In this document: positions 45,631 through 55,449 of the stretch, one piece after another
How positions within the stretch are numbered: the first letter of the stretch is position 1
Layout: every line of letters starts with the position of its first letter
IMG/VR virus record: IMGVR_UViG_3300027668_000008
Coordinates: 1 to 64,000 of that record
Reading direction: 5' to 3' (one strand)
DNA: 64,000 nt
Notes under the pieces: generated by a model
What the model was told of the DNA's origin: nothing
The model's database searches: none
Seen by the model: the letters and a program-made list of their open reading frames with translations, nothing else
Made by a program: the position numbers and the translations under genes

Positions 45631-46119
45631 TTATTTGTATTCGAAATTCTGCGTGGTTGTATTAATTTCGATCAACCTTGCACCATTCTTAATATGAAAG
45701 TGTGTTGCCATTGGTGTCAATGGTGATAAAGTTACTACACGTTTAATGTGTGGTAACTCTTTTGAAATGTATTCTTTTAGTTTAAGAATAATTTCCCTTC
45801 CTGCACCTCGTTTACGAGACCATACAGTGTAGGCTATTGCTATTGTTGGGTTACTTTCTAAACTAGCCGTCTTACTCATTAGTTCCAATTCTTTTTCAGT
45901 AGTTGGTACTTCATTTGTATAGGCTATGCAAATAATTCCTTCAATAGTATCTTCGTACTTCAATCCATAAATTTTACGTCCGTAACTTGTTCTAAACTCT
46001 AAGTCTAGGTTAGGACGTACAGGATCTTCTGTTACGTCAATTTCGTGTAGCTCAACTAGTTCGGCACCTTTAACCCACCTGAAGAAGTTGTCTATTTGTC
46101 CTTTGTAATCTTTTAACAT
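45631..46119 (-). CDS. GNAT-like protein
   Basis: AYTVWSRKRGAGR; VTLSP. Confidence 0.5.
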   Translation of the reverse strand: MLKDYKGQIDNFFRWVKGAELVELHEIDVTEDPVRPNLDLEFRTSYGRKIYGLKYEDTIEGIICIAYTNEVPTTEKELELMSKTASLESNPTIAIAYTVWSRKRGAGREIILKLKEYISKELPHIKRVVTLSPLTPMATHFHIKNGARLIEINTTTQNFEYK

Positions 46120-46355
46120 TATACTAGTTCTTCTAATATGCCTAGTAATTCGGCAATTATGAATAAGATACCTGCCACCAAAAGATTACCGTAGAGGAGT
46201 GATCCTCCGGCGCCTATTCTTAAAAACGATTTGACCAAACTGACATAAAAATGGCCCATGCTTGGATCCTTTGGGGCAGGTGTTATCCCTTTGGGGGATT
46301 TTGGTTGTTCCGTAACTGGAACATAAACTCTCTCTGGTATTGGCATAGATGGCAT
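46119..46355 (-). CDS. Small membrane protein
   Basis: H.YVSLVKS.LRI..hydrophobic..AE.LG..EE. Confidence 0.6.
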   Translation of the reverse strand: MPSMPIPERVYVPVTEQPKSPKGITPAPKDPSMGHFYVSLVKSFLRIGAGGSLLYGNLLVAGILFIIAELLGILEELV

Positions 46356-46673
46356 CTATCCTCCGAAATAATGTTGAAATAGTCCTGCGACTAATAATGT
46401 TGTTAATGTTGCGTTTAGCATAGTAAGGGCTCTGTCATGCCAAAGCATACCTACCCAAAACCATCCTACTGTTCCTATTAAACTAAACCATAAGTCTATA
46501 AGAGGTATTGTACCTACACTTCTAGCCGCAACGGCAGTTAGTATAAAAAAACTTGCCGCCCACTTAATGTACCACGACAAGTCTCCTTTAGGTGTAATCT
46601 TTTTGAAGACTCTAGAGCTATTAAGTTTTGCTATTTTATCGTCAAGTTTTTCTTTAATCGGTTCTATTGTCAT
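46356..46673 (-). CDS. Three-TM small membrane protein
   Basis: W..VGMLWHDRAL..LN; paralog of 58219-58455. Confidence 0.65.
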   Translation of the reverse strand: MTIEPIKEKLDDKIAKLNSSRVFKKITPKGDLSWYIKWAASFFILTAVAARSVGTIPLIDLWFSLIGTVGWFWVGMLWHDRALTMLNATLTTLLVAGLFQHYFGG

Positions 46674-46934
46674 TCTCTTTATCCGTTGTGTCCATAAACT
46701 TAAATAGGATTAAGTATAGAACTATAACAGTAACTACCATACCTAGGAAGAACAAACCTATCCCGTCACTAAATGTCATTATCGTTTAGTACGTTTGCTT
46801 AATTTGTCCTTAACTTTATACTTAGGACTGTTGGTTTGTTTCTTCATATGAAGTTGTAACCACTCGTAGTCTTTCTTTTCTAAGAGTGTTCCATCATCAC
46901 ATATATGGTATACTATTGGTTTAGAACTAGTCAT
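46654..46934 (-). CDS. Two coupled mini-ORFs (46779-46934, 51 aa; 46654-46779, 41-aa membrane peptide), not in the ORF track
   Basis: TAATG overlaps link them to each other and to the flanking genes. Confidence 0.45.
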
Positions 46935-47130
46935 TAAATTCAGACCTCACGATATGTTTTCTTAATGCTCTAACCAGTTCTTCAATTTTATCTATTACGG
47001 ATATTAAACTTTTATCTGTAATAAATGCTTTACTACTTTTTAACTTGTCGTATTCTTTTAAAGTTAATGTTACAGTACTTTGTTCGTTTTCGAACGTTGC
47101 ATCATTATCTCTATCATCTACACTTGTCAT
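46927..47130 (-). CDS. Small coiled-coil protein
   Basis: ORF track. Confidence 0.6.
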   Translation of the reverse strand: MTSVDDRDNDATFENEQSTVTLTLKEYDKLKSSKAFITDKSLISVIDKIEELVRALRKHIVRSEFND

Positions 47131-47136
47131 AAAGTC

Positions 47137-47823
47137 CTATCTAGGAGCAAACTCCTGTTGTAGTTTAATGTTATCGAAGAACTCTTGCTTTGTACCAGCG
47201 TCATTTGTAAATGCACCTTTAAGTACTGTAGTTTGTGTTAAACTACTGTGTGCCATAATGCCACGATTCTCACAACAACCATGTGTTGCTTGAATGTAAA
47301 CACCCACGTCTTCACTTCCAGTTGCATTCATAATTTCTCTAGCGATATTATTACAAAGTTCTTCTTGCAGTGTGCCACGTCTTGCACACCACTGAGCTAT
47401 ACGAGTGTATTTGCTCAACCCAATCAATTTCTCTGCCGCAAGTATTCCTATGTATGCGACACCAGTTACTGGTTGGTGGTGATGAGAACAGACACTTTTA
47501 AGTTCACTACGAACCACCAAAATACCTGTGTATGCATCTGCCATCTCTTGTGGAAATGCAGTTGCATTAGGCTTTGGAAAATAGCGTCCACTCATCAATT
47601 CGTTAATATACATTTTAGCAAGACGTCTACCAGTGTCGTTACTGTTAGGATCATTTTCTCTATCAATAAGCAAACTATCTAGTACACTACTGAACTTAGG
47701 TGTAAGTTCTTCGATTAGTTTCTCAGTATCACCATCTTCAAGATACTTGCTAATGTTATCTCCAGCCCAATAACGTCCTTTATCAGCCTGGATTCTTTTT
47801 TTAATTTCTTCACTTATACTCAT
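47137..47823 (-). CDS. folE: GTP cyclohydrolase I
   Basis: T..RLAKMY; SVCSHHHQP; GLSKY.RI; QE.L; HGC...RG. Confidence 0.95.
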   Translation of the reverse strand: MSISEEIKKRIQADKGRYWAGDNISKYLEDGDTEKLIEELTPKFSSVLDSLLIDRENDPNSNDTGRRLAKMYINELMSGRYFPKPNATAFPQEMADAYTGILVVRSELKSVCSHHHQPVTGVAYIGILAAEKLIGLSKYTRIAQWCARRGTLQEELCNNIAREIMNATGSEDVGVYIQATHGCCENRGIMAHSSLTQTTVLKGAFTNDAGTKQEFFDNIKLQQEFAPR

Positions 47824-47892
47824 TTAATTCCCCTAGTTATACACGGCGAGTCGTGTTTATTATTATAGTATACTACATTATTATAGTATAAG

Positions 47893-48096
47893 TCAACCAA
47901 AATATTTGTTCAACATTTCAAGTCTGTCGTCAGCGGTAGCCATTTTATCTAATTCTTTTTGAACAGTTTCGATAATATCACTATGTTCACCGATGCCTAC
48001 CACAGATTGCATATATACTTCAATATTGGCTTTATGCAAATCTACTTCTGCTTCGGCGTGTTTCTTAGCCGCATTAATTATTATTTGTTTCAACAT
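47893..48096 (-). CDS. Small hypothetical protein
   Basis: H.ANIEVY....VGIGEHSDI. Confidence 0.65.
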   Translation of the reverse strand: MLKQIIINAAKKHAEAEVDLHKANIEVYMQSVVGIGEHSDIIETVQKELDKMATADDRLEMLNKYFG

Positions 48097-48448
48097 AACT
48101 TCCTTTCCTGTAATTGCCCTTCTCAGGTATAACGTGTCTTACGCCACCCCTTGGGTCTTCCATATCGCCTTTACGTCTTGGGATTAAATGTACATGAGGG
48201 TATTCAATAGTTTGTCCTGCTTCTGCTCCAACATTTTGTCCAATGTTATAAGCATCACAGTAACCATCTTTTACCCAACCATATCCCCAATTATAAGCGG
48301 CTTTATAGCATTTTTCTAAAGATGACCATTCGAGTAATTTAGGAACAAATAAGATATGTCCTTCTGTTACAGGGTAAGCATCTCTAAAGACTGTAAAATC
48401 TCGTGTATCAATTATTACGTCTGTCCATGGAATATCTTTAAATTCCAT
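48074..48448 (-). CDS. HIT-family nucleotide hydrolase
   Basis: DAYPVTEGH.LFVPK; GQT..YPHVHLIPRR.GD; likely ATG at 48448. Confidence 0.88.
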   Translation of the reverse strand: MEFKDIPWTDVIIDTRDFTVFRDAYPVTEGHILFVPKLLEWSSLEKCYKAAYNWGYGWVKDGYCDAYNIGQNVGAEAGQTIEYPHVHLIPRRKGDMEDPRGGVRHVIPEKGNYRKGSYVETNNN

Positions 48449-49532
48449 CGACACTAGCCTTGATAGCCTGATACAATTTGGTACCATCAAAGAAGTCTTT
48501 AAGTCGTTCTTTTAGTAAGTTGTTTGTTTCAACATACTTGTCATAGTTCTCAATCATATCAATAATCTTGTCTACGACTTCAGTAGGACTCTTTTCAAAA
48601 CCTTTTAAATTAACTGTTAAAGCACTTGCATATTTGAATTCATCTGGATACATTTCAAAGTAACTTAATCTATTAGGTACTAATGGTAATGTATCAACTA
48701 AACTACCTTCGTAAGCACTGATACCTAATGTTTCTTGCAAGTTAGCACTAAACACAATCTTTGCTTTACCGAGTAGTTCGTGGTATTCGTCTTTGCTTAA
48801 CTGCTTATCCTGACATACAATAAATTCATAGTCTGGTAATAGTTCTTTTAGTTTAGCAAAGATCTCTGGATTCTTCTCAGGTGCTACTCTGTGCGGAAAC
48901 AATATAATGTTTTCTTTTTTAGCACCAGCAAACGGTTGCAGTGTATCTGTTAGATACTCCATGGGCCAACCAACAATCTGCATCTTACCTACTTCTAAAT
49001 TCTGATCAATATCCTTTGTATCAGTTAAGAAACTTTGTGCAAACAAGTCTACATGGAATCGTGTAGCAAAGTAATTATGGTCATAACATTCGAACATACT
49101 TGCTTCTGCGTAACGTACCCAAGGTTTAGCACCAATCAATCTTCCTAAGAAGTCTGCTGGATCATAACTACCGGCGTGCCACATACCACCAATTTTAATA
49201 TTGATACCTAGTAGTTCTGCCATATACTTTAACTGTATTACTGTAGGGTTCCATGCATCAGTGTACAAGAAGTAATCGCCGTCTTTAACTTTACCACTTG
49301 CAACTAGTTCAGCAATTTGCAACATCTGTTGACTTTTGTAACTGTTAGTTCCTGCAAAGTTTAAAAATGCACCAGGTGTAGTAGTCTGTGGAACATCTCC
49401 ACCACTAATAACTTCTACGTTATAATCCTCTGTACCAAAGTACTCAGACATTTGTTTAGGTAAATGTTTCTTCCACTGAGCCGTGTAACGTGTTTCGACT
49501 GGCTCTAAGTCTACTATATATACTGTTTTCAT
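48438..49532 (-). CDS. GT-B fold glycosyltransferase (GT4-like)
   Basis: FPHR.APEK; QETLGISAYEG (E-x7-E); VPNRLSY.EM; likely ATG at 49532. Confidence 0.8.
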   Translation of the reverse strand: MKTVYIVDLEPVETRYTAQWKKHLPKQMSEYFGTEDYNVEVISGGDVPQTTTPGAFLNFAGTNSYKSQQMLQIAELVASGKVKDGDYFLYTDAWNPTVIQLKYMAELLGINIKIGGMWHAGSYDPADFLGRLIGAKPWVRYAEASMFECYDHNYFATRFHVDLFAQSFLTDTKDIDQNLEVGKMQIVGWPMEYLTDTLQPFAGAKKENIILFPHRVAPEKNPEIFAKLKELLPDYEFIVCQDKQLSKDEYHELLGKAKIVFSANLQETLGISAYEGSLVDTLPLVPNRLSYFEMYPDEFKYASALTVNLKGFEKSPTEVVDKIIDMIENYDKYVETNNLLKERLKDFFDGTKLYQAIKASVDGI

Positions 49533-49539
49533 TTTTATC

Positions 49540-49920
49540 CTATTCATGTTCTCCACCAGGATCATTTGGATCTAGTGGAACTTTTTGAGCAATACCATTC
49601 TTATCACGGAATATAATAGAACCTCTACCTCTACCGTAAGAATGATATCCATTTTTAAATTTAAACGCATTTGGAATTTTTTCTGCTACTCTAAATGTGG
49701 CAACGGTAACAACTACTGCTCCTACAAATAATGCGTGTCCGATTGCACTATACATAAAAACCCATATGTTGTTGACAATAATGATTGCAAATACAGTTGA
49801 CCACATAAATGCGAGTATTTGCATCACCATATGTCTAACTTGTAAATCGGGAATAGCTCTTAATGGATTCTTGTTATGATCCATAATAGTATTCCACGAT
49901 TCAAAGATAAATTCTCTCAT
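49540..49920 (-). CDS. Two-TM membrane hypothetical protein
   Basis: NPL..IPD..VRHM.MQILA.MW. Confidence 0.6.
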   Translation of the reverse strand: MREFIFESWNTIMDHNKNPLRAIPDLQVRHMVMQILAFMWSTVFAIIIVNNIWVFMYSAIGHALFVGAVVVTVATFRVAEKIPNAFKFKNGYHSYGRGRGSIIFRDKNGIAQKVPLDPNDPGGEHE

Positions 49921-50138
49921 TACTTCCGGATTACCCTCCCTTGAGATCTCATAGCCTTGCCATCTCTAATCCATTGATTATAAGGACGGCGCTTGTTAGC
50001 AATGCTTTTCTGCATATGCCCCCATGGGCTGTTGTTTCGACCAAGGTCTGCTTCGTTAAACGGATATCCGTTATCGACGCAAAACCGCTTATATTGATCC
50101 AGTCGATCAAATAGTTGCTCCGTGTTGCTGAGCTTCAT
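49920..50138 (-). CDS. Small hypothetical protein
   Basis: FCVDNGYPFNEADL. Confidence 0.6.
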   Translation of the reverse strand: MKLSNTEQLFDRLDQYKRFCVDNGYPFNEADLGRNNSPWGHMQKSIANKRRPYNQWIRDGKAMRSQGRVIRK

Positions 50139-50143
50139 TTTTC

Positions 50144-50605
50144 TTAATTCCTTGTATACTCATATTTCGCTAAAGATCCGTTTTCCCCGTCCTCACTTAC
50201 TTCAATTTCTACAGTACGTTCAGGGTAACGGGATTGTATCATGCCAAATAAATCATCAGACATCATTTCACAAGATTTGTAATCTAACTCTAATGTTTTT
50301 TCTGCATATAATTTTTCAAGCCAACGTTTGAATTGAATAAATTCAATATCTCTGTCGTCGTGGAATACTTCTATTGCCACTTTAAAATGAAAAATATGTC
50401 TATGAGGATAGCCTAAAAAACTAACATCATATTCATCTCCTGTTGCTAGTTTAGGATCATCTAATGCGGCAGGGTATTTGTGTATACCTTCCTTCTTAAA
50501 TGTAACCCAGATCATTTTACTAGCGGATTCAATTTGCTTTTTTTGTGCGTCTTGTATAGCCGCCGCTCTCATGTCGCTAATCATATCGTCTATGTATCTT
50601 CCCAT
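50144..50605 (-). CDS. QueD-paralog T-fold protein, DpdL-like (predicted CDG decarboxylase)
   Basis: LGYPHRHIF (LxxxHRHxF); DRDIEF; SCEM; VSEDGENG; lacks the QueD catalytic Cys motif; promoter TTGACA-N17-TATAAT at 50625-50653. Confidence 0.65.
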   Translation of the reverse strand: MGRYIDDMISDMRAAAIQDAQKKQIESASKMIWVTFKKEGIHKYPAALDDPKLATGDEYDVSFLGYPHRHIFHFKVAIEVFHDDRDIEFIQFKRWLEKLYAEKTLELDYKSCEMMSDDLFGMIQSRYPERTVEIEVSEDGENGSLAKYEYTRN

Positions 50606-50649
50606 TGTTGTTACTTTCTATATTATTATAGTATAGTTGTTTTCGAATG

Positions 50650-50823
50650 TCAAGACTTACTTTTAGCAATTTGCTCTTTAATGTGTAATTTTTTTAGTTT
50701 TAAAGCAATCAAATCTTCTTTGCCTCTCCAACCTCGGTCGCCTTCACGGAGTTTTTCTGCGTCCGCTACTTGTTTTTTAAGTGCCTTATGTTCTTTGCGT
50801 AGTTCATCAGTTGTTGCTATCAT
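50650..50823 (-). CDS. 57-aa DUF465/YdcH-like coiled-coil protein, not in the ORF track
   Basis: L.KEH..L...V....LKLKKL.IKEQI; AGGAGG RBS. Confidence 0.6.
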   Translation of the reverse strand: MIATTDELRKEHKALKKQVADAEKLREGDRGWRGKEDLIALKLKKLHIKEQIAKSKS

Positions 50824-50840
50824 ATTATACCCTCCTAAGG

Positions 50841-51386
50841 TTATTCAATAAATGTGTCGCCAACGTACTTGTCCCAATCTGAAAATGTTTTACGATTAAT
50901 AACATCTTCCATAGGAACACACCATACACCAGGATTTGTGGCATTAAAGTCTGTGTCATCAAACTTTATAGTTGTATTATGGTTCCATTGTTGCCAATAG
51001 CCAAGTTTTAGACTTTGCATAGGAATGAAGCGTCTATCTTCAACCCAACCCATTTCTAAAATATCTTTACCATATTCCATTAGATCAAAATCTAATGTAA
51101 CCCATAAGTCTGCTTTAAGCAATCCTGAGATGTAATTATTCCAATCAGTCCAGTCACCGTTTGTTACTGGTTTAAATGTTGTGCCTGTGCCTAAATAGAT
51201 GTGTTTAATATCATGATTGGTTGCGTGTTCAATAGTTCTATTTAAGTCTTGTATACCGCATACAAACAATGTCTTTTCACCGTACATAGGAGTCTTTTCA
51301 ACTTCTTTGTTCATAAAGAACTTTGCTTTATCAGTTGTAACTTCGCCACCTTTTAGTGTAGCATACGTTCGCATCATTTGTTTCAT
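50841..51386 (-). CDS. Hypothetical protein in the deazaguanine cluster
   Basis: EVEKTPMYGEKTLFV; HIYLG; IKFDDTDF.ATNPGVWC. Confidence 0.65.
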   Translation of the reverse strand: MKQMMRTYATLKGGEVTTDKAKFFMNKEVEKTPMYGEKTLFVCGIQDLNRTIEHATNHDIKHIYLGTGTTFKPVTNGDWTDWNNYISGLLKADLWVTLDFDLMEYGKDILEMGWVEDRRFIPMQSLKLGYWQQWNHNTTIKFDDTDFNATNPGVWCVPMEDVINRKTFSDWDKYVGDTFIE

Positions 51387-52373
51387 CTATTTACTCTCTG
51401 TTTCGTCAACTATACGTTGAGCTCTGGTTTTTTCATACAGTTTGTACATATGCTTATTCCAAGTAATGTAGCCTCTACTGTATCCTTCTGGACGATTGTT
51501 GCCGTCAACAAATGCTTGTTCCCATTCCATATCTCTATCATAACTTTTTGTCCAAAAGCCATCTATGTTTAAGATACCTGTACTAATTAAGGAAACTGCA
51601 TCTCCCATACTACTATGAAAGTTTGGGTTTCTAGGACTTGGAAAGTCCATACTTGCATTTTTCCATAACAAGTTACCAAATGTAGTAGTAATTCCTTTTT
51701 TCTCTGCCGCTAGTATAATCAATGCATTCTCATTAATTATATCGCCATCAAATACAAGTGTGCTATCATCTTTCAAATCTATCACTACATCATACTTGCC
51801 GTTAGGTTCTGATATTAATCTATCTTCCCAAAACTTTCTATTATGAGAACCTAGCACATCAACATCATCTGCTAAACGTAATACTTTTAATTTTGTGTAA
51901 ACAACTGTTGCTAAAAAGCCACTGCCTATAATTAAAATACGTTGTCGTTGTCCTTTAAACTTTGCCATACCTGACATATAGTTTAACTTGTCTAAGTTAC
52001 TTGTAACTATATTAATACCACAAGCCACAGGCTCTATAATGTATTTAGGATCAGCATCTGGCACAACTACATATTCGTTATGTCTAACGTTGTAATAATC
52101 TGCATATGCAGGTTCACCTCTAGTAGCAACAATGTCGCCTACCTTAGTGTCTGTAATCTCTTTACCAATTTTTGTAACTTGACCTAGTCCTTCATGTCCT
52201 TGCATATTTAAAGGCAATGGACCAAAGTTACCATTCATCATATCAATGTCACTACGACAAATGCCAGTCATTAAAGCCATAACTTCAATTTCTTCATTTC
52301 CTACATTAGGTTTGTTCCATTCGATTTCTTCGAACTTTCCATTGCCTGTTGTTTGTAATAGTTTTACTAGCAT
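51387..52373 (-). CDS. Medium-chain (Zn-dependent) alcohol/polyol dehydrogenase-like protein
   Basis: GICRSD; GHEGLG.V..IG; VGDIV; IEPVAC; IIGSG. Confidence 0.82.
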   Translation of the reverse strand: MLVKLLQTTGNGKFEEIEWNKPNVGNEEIEVMALMTGICRSDIDMMNGNFGPLPLNMQGHEGLGQVTKIGKEITDTKVGDIVATRGEPAYADYYNVRHNEYVVVPDADPKYIIEPVACGINIVTSNLDKLNYMSGMAKFKGQRQRILIIGSGFLATVVYTKLKVLRLADDVDVLGSHNRKFWEDRLISEPNGKYDVVIDLKDDSTLVFDGDIINENALIILAAEKKGITTTFGNLLWKNASMDFPSPRNPNFHSSMGDAVSLISTGILNIDGFWTKSYDRDMEWEQAFVDGNNRPEGYSRGYITWNKHMYKLYEKTRAQRIVDETESK

Positions 52374-53242
52374 AGTTCTTCCATTTGTTTATGTATCCAC
52401 ATATCCTTTGTAAATTGATCTTCCCAATATTCATTATTATGCAGGTTTTCTAGTCCAATGTCAATCATTCTTTTGTATGCTTCTTCAGGACATAAGCCTA
52501 ATTCTACACGTTCTATATGACCAAGTATTTCAAAGTTAATCCCGACATCATCGTATAAGTCTGTTTTCCAATTAGCGAGTAAGTTGTATTGACAAAACTT
52601 TGTCTTATATCCCATACCTGCTTCATCATCTACATCATATACTCCATCGGGATCAACTGTGCCATAATCTGTATCAAGTAATCCTTTAAGATCCCAATTA
52701 GTTCTTGCTATTTTATCTGATGGAAGAGTATTAGCATAACTAGGATTGAATACTTGATAAAGGCTTAACAAGTGTGGAAGTAAATCTCTACTTACTCCGC
52801 CATATGCTAATTCTTTTGTTGTAAACCAACTACCCGGATTAGGTACTCTGTTTTTGTTTTGCCAATGAATGTCAACTACACGACTTGTTCTTGCCATATT
52901 AATAAGTTCATCTATGTTGTGTCTAAACTGATTATTCTTTACCATAGATATTCTACACTCTGGAAAGTCATAGTGCAAATCTGACCATGCTTTCGAAGTA
53001 GATAATCCAGGCTTTTCAATAAACATTAAATGACACCAGGGAGCGATAAACCTTGCAAGTTCTTCGTGGGTTTCATTTGGCGTACAGATATGTACAGTGT
53101 CGTACATATCAATTGGTACATCTTGAATAGTCTTAAAATCAGCAGGTCTATTTGGGTCAACTGTTACAACATCGATACCCATTTCTGTTAGTACCTTCAT
53201 GTATAGTTGCCCAATACCCATACCTACTATAAGACTTTTCAT
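52367..53242 (-). CDS. Gfo/Idh/MocA-family NAD(P) oxidoreductase
   Basis: IVGMGIG; ICTPN.TH; FIEKP; GGV.RDL.PH. Confidence 0.85.
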   Translation of the reverse strand: MKSLIVGMGIGQLYMKVLTEMGIDVVTVDPNRPADFKTIQDVPIDMYDTVHICTPNETHEELARFIAPWCHLMFIEKPGLSTSKAWSDLHYDFPECRISMVKNNQFRHNIDELINMARTSRVVDIHWQNKNRVPNPGSWFTTKELAYGGVSRDLLPHLLSLYQVFNPSYANTLPSDKIARTNWDLKGLLDTDYGTVDPDGVYDVDDEAGMGYKTKFCQYNLLANWKTDLYDDVGINFEILGHIERVELGLCPEEAYKRMIDIGLENLHNNEYWEDQFTKDMWIHKQMEELC

Positions 53243-54706
53243 TTATACCTCAAACAAACTGTTAAATTGTGCAGAACTGTTAATAGTTTTCTTACCAACT
53301 GCTCCACGTGTTCCAACGACCTTCATCCATAGTTTAGTGTGTTCATCTACTAATGCAAGTGCTTGGTCTTTGTTATCAAGTTCAAATATTCTAGCAATAA
53401 CATCTTTAACTTCTTGTTTATCGAATGTATCGTTAACAAGCATATTAGGATAGTTACCACCGTCATACTGTCTATTTGCTTCTTGTACACTATTAATGTG
53501 TGTATATACATTATGGTTCATCATAAGTGCATATGCAAACGAATCCCAACTAGTTTTAGTCGATACACCCATTCTATTAACATCTGTTGGACTGTAAATA
53601 CAAACGTCATTTACTTTTAGTCCTTGTGTAATAGGAGTAGGCATCCAGTTCATTCCTTGTTTATTAAAGAAGTCTGTTGCTAAATCATCGTAGGGTCTAG
53701 TGTCAGTACTATATGCTTTGTCATCTGGTGCCGGCGACATCATATAACTCCACTTTTCATCTTGTACTGTTCTATGTCCTGTATAGACTTGACCATTTGC
53801 AGTACATAAGAACGGACTTGCACAATCAAATGTTACTGTGAAGTTCTCATTATGGTTCTTACGAATACCACGTTGTATTGCAGTTAGTACTAGTGCCCAT
53901 TCAAGTTTACTAGTTCCTAAGAAGTGCATAACATCTTGTTTACCTTTTTCAAGTAAACCGTCAAACCTTAGTTCAATTACACGTTTCAATGCTAGATGCA
54001 AGTCGCACATATTCTGTCCGCCCATTGCCCAACCGTTAAAATGTGTATCTGGGTACAATCGGTGATCACTGTACTTCTTCATTTGCTGATACCAATCATC
54101 GGCTTGTGCAAAGTTTTCACCTTGTAGTACATTTAAGAACTTACAGTTACCATTACGGTTTTTAATAAAGTATTCGTTATTAAATTGTGTGCCTTCAACT
54201 GCTTCTTGATATGAACTAATTTTACTTTTTTCTGCACCTTCAGGACTACGTCCTACCCATGCCGGAATATCTAAAATCATTCCATAGTCCATGAACTTGT
54301 CCATCCACTTTAGAACACCATCACGTTTCTTTTGTGCTTGAGCACAACCGCTATTTGCTCTCCAGTCACCTTCCCACTTGCCTTTACCAATTTGGAAACC
54401 ACCTGAGTCTCCTAGTAACCAACTGTGTTCTCGGTTCCTGTCTCTGTACATATCTTCACGATACATATCCTTTTCCAAGTCTAGACTGGCATGACCAGCC
54501 GAGTGCAATGACCATTTGTATTTCCATAGACCTTCTGGTGCCAACCAGTTCATACTTTCAACACCGTGTGGAAGAAAACTAGGAACACGATTATAATCAA
54601 TATATTCGTGCCTACGTTGTCTGCCTACAAAGAGTGCGTAGAATGTACTTAATGCTGGCAGAAATACTGCGTAGTCATTTTGTGCATCTGTAAGGTTAGT
54701 CTTCAT
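53243..54706 (-). CDS. dpdA: Guanine transglycosylase (TGT fold), DpdA-like
   Basis: LGDSGGFQ; MILDIP; LNVLQG; AMGG; HFLG; TFDCAS; no CxCxxC Zn site as in tRNA TGTs. Confidence 0.72.
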   Translation of the reverse strand: MKTNLTDAQNDYAVFLPALSTFYALFVGRQRRHEYIDYNRVPSFLPHGVESMNWLAPEGLWKYKWSLHSAGHASLDLEKDMYREDMYRDRNREHSWLLGDSGGFQIGKGKWEGDWRANSGCAQAQKKRDGVLKWMDKFMDYGMILDIPAWVGRSPEGAEKSKISSYQEAVEGTQFNNEYFIKNRNGNCKFLNVLQGENFAQADDWYQQMKKYSDHRLYPDTHFNGWAMGGQNMCDLHLALKRVIELRFDGLLEKGKQDVMHFLGTSKLEWALVLTAIQRGIRKNHNENFTVTFDCASPFLCTANGQVYTGHRTVQDEKWSYMMSPAPDDKAYSTDTRPYDDLATDFFNKQGMNWMPTPITQGLKVNDVCIYSPTDVNRMGVSTKTSWDSFAYALMMNHNVYTHINSVQEANRQYDGGNYPNMLVNDTFDKQEVKDVIARIFELDNKDQALALVDEHTKLWMKVVGTRGAVGKKTINSSAQFNSLFEV

Positions 54707-54717
54707 TGACTTCCCCT

Positions 54718-55449
54718 TTATTTAGATTGTGCTGGAAGGATATAATCGTATTGAATCTGTCCAGAATCAACTGAAATCATACTAGCACCCTCATCAGAGA
54801 ATCGCATAGTAATTTCACCTGGGAGGCTCAAAATACTAATTACTTGGTTAATGGGCCACTGCCAACCGTGCTTCAACGAACCAGTAATATCTGGTTGGAA
54901 TACAAAGTTACCTGCGTGTGTGCTATGGTCACCAAAGTAAAACTTTAAGTTGCCATCTTCTGTTCTAGCGATGAAAGTTGTTTCTTCACTATGCACTTGT
55001 GCCTGCATTTTTAAACGTTGTACTGCCGCCATACTTGGCTTAATTTCAACGTCCCACTTAACACCCTTAAACTTTACAGTTTTAAGTTTGTCGTTAATTA
55101 CTTCACTTGTCATAAAGCGATAGTCGTTCTTAAAGTCGCCCCTAACATTTTCAAAGTATAACCCAACTGGAACATCTGTTCCGTTGCGTTCTTGTTTGCT
55201 AATTGTAATCTTAGCATCTGCTTTATACTCTTGAATACCAAGTAGTATTGCTAATTTACTTAAATTAGGCATACCGAACGTACCCATAAACTCTGCGTAC
55301 GGCGATTTAAATTTGGCTTGTACGATAACACTTCTGTCATCTGCAAGTCCTTCTAGTGTTGTTGCAACATCACTACCTTCAATTTTTACCAAGTCAATAA
55401 AGCCTAGGCTGTGTGTATGCTGAACAATATCGTTTAGATAGTCTTTCAT
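54718..55449 (-). CDS. Probable DNA sliding clamp (gp45-like)
   Basis: Size about 243 aa, two-domain beta/alpha pattern, directly downstream of the polymerase; GGAG RBS before ATG 55449. Confidence 0.55.
   Translation of the reverse strand: MKDYLNDIVQHTHSLGFIDLVKIEGSDVATTLEGLADDRSVIVQAKFKSPYAEFMGTFGMPNLSKLAILLGIQEYKADAKITISKQERNGTDVPVGLYFENVRGDFKNDYRFMTSEVINDKLKTVKFKGVKWDVEIKPSMAAVQRLKMQAQVHSEETTFIARTEDGNLKFYFGDHSTHAGNFVFQPDITGSLKHGWQWPINQVISILSLPGEITMRFSDEGASMISVDSGQIQYDYILPAQSK

Noticed and set aside
53243-54706. Annotation as an ordinary queuine tRNA-ribosyltransferase (tgt)
   Set aside because: It lacks the CxCxxC..H zinc site of tRNA TGTs and sits beside the polymerase and clamp; a DNA target is favoured, though tRNA is not excluded without experiment
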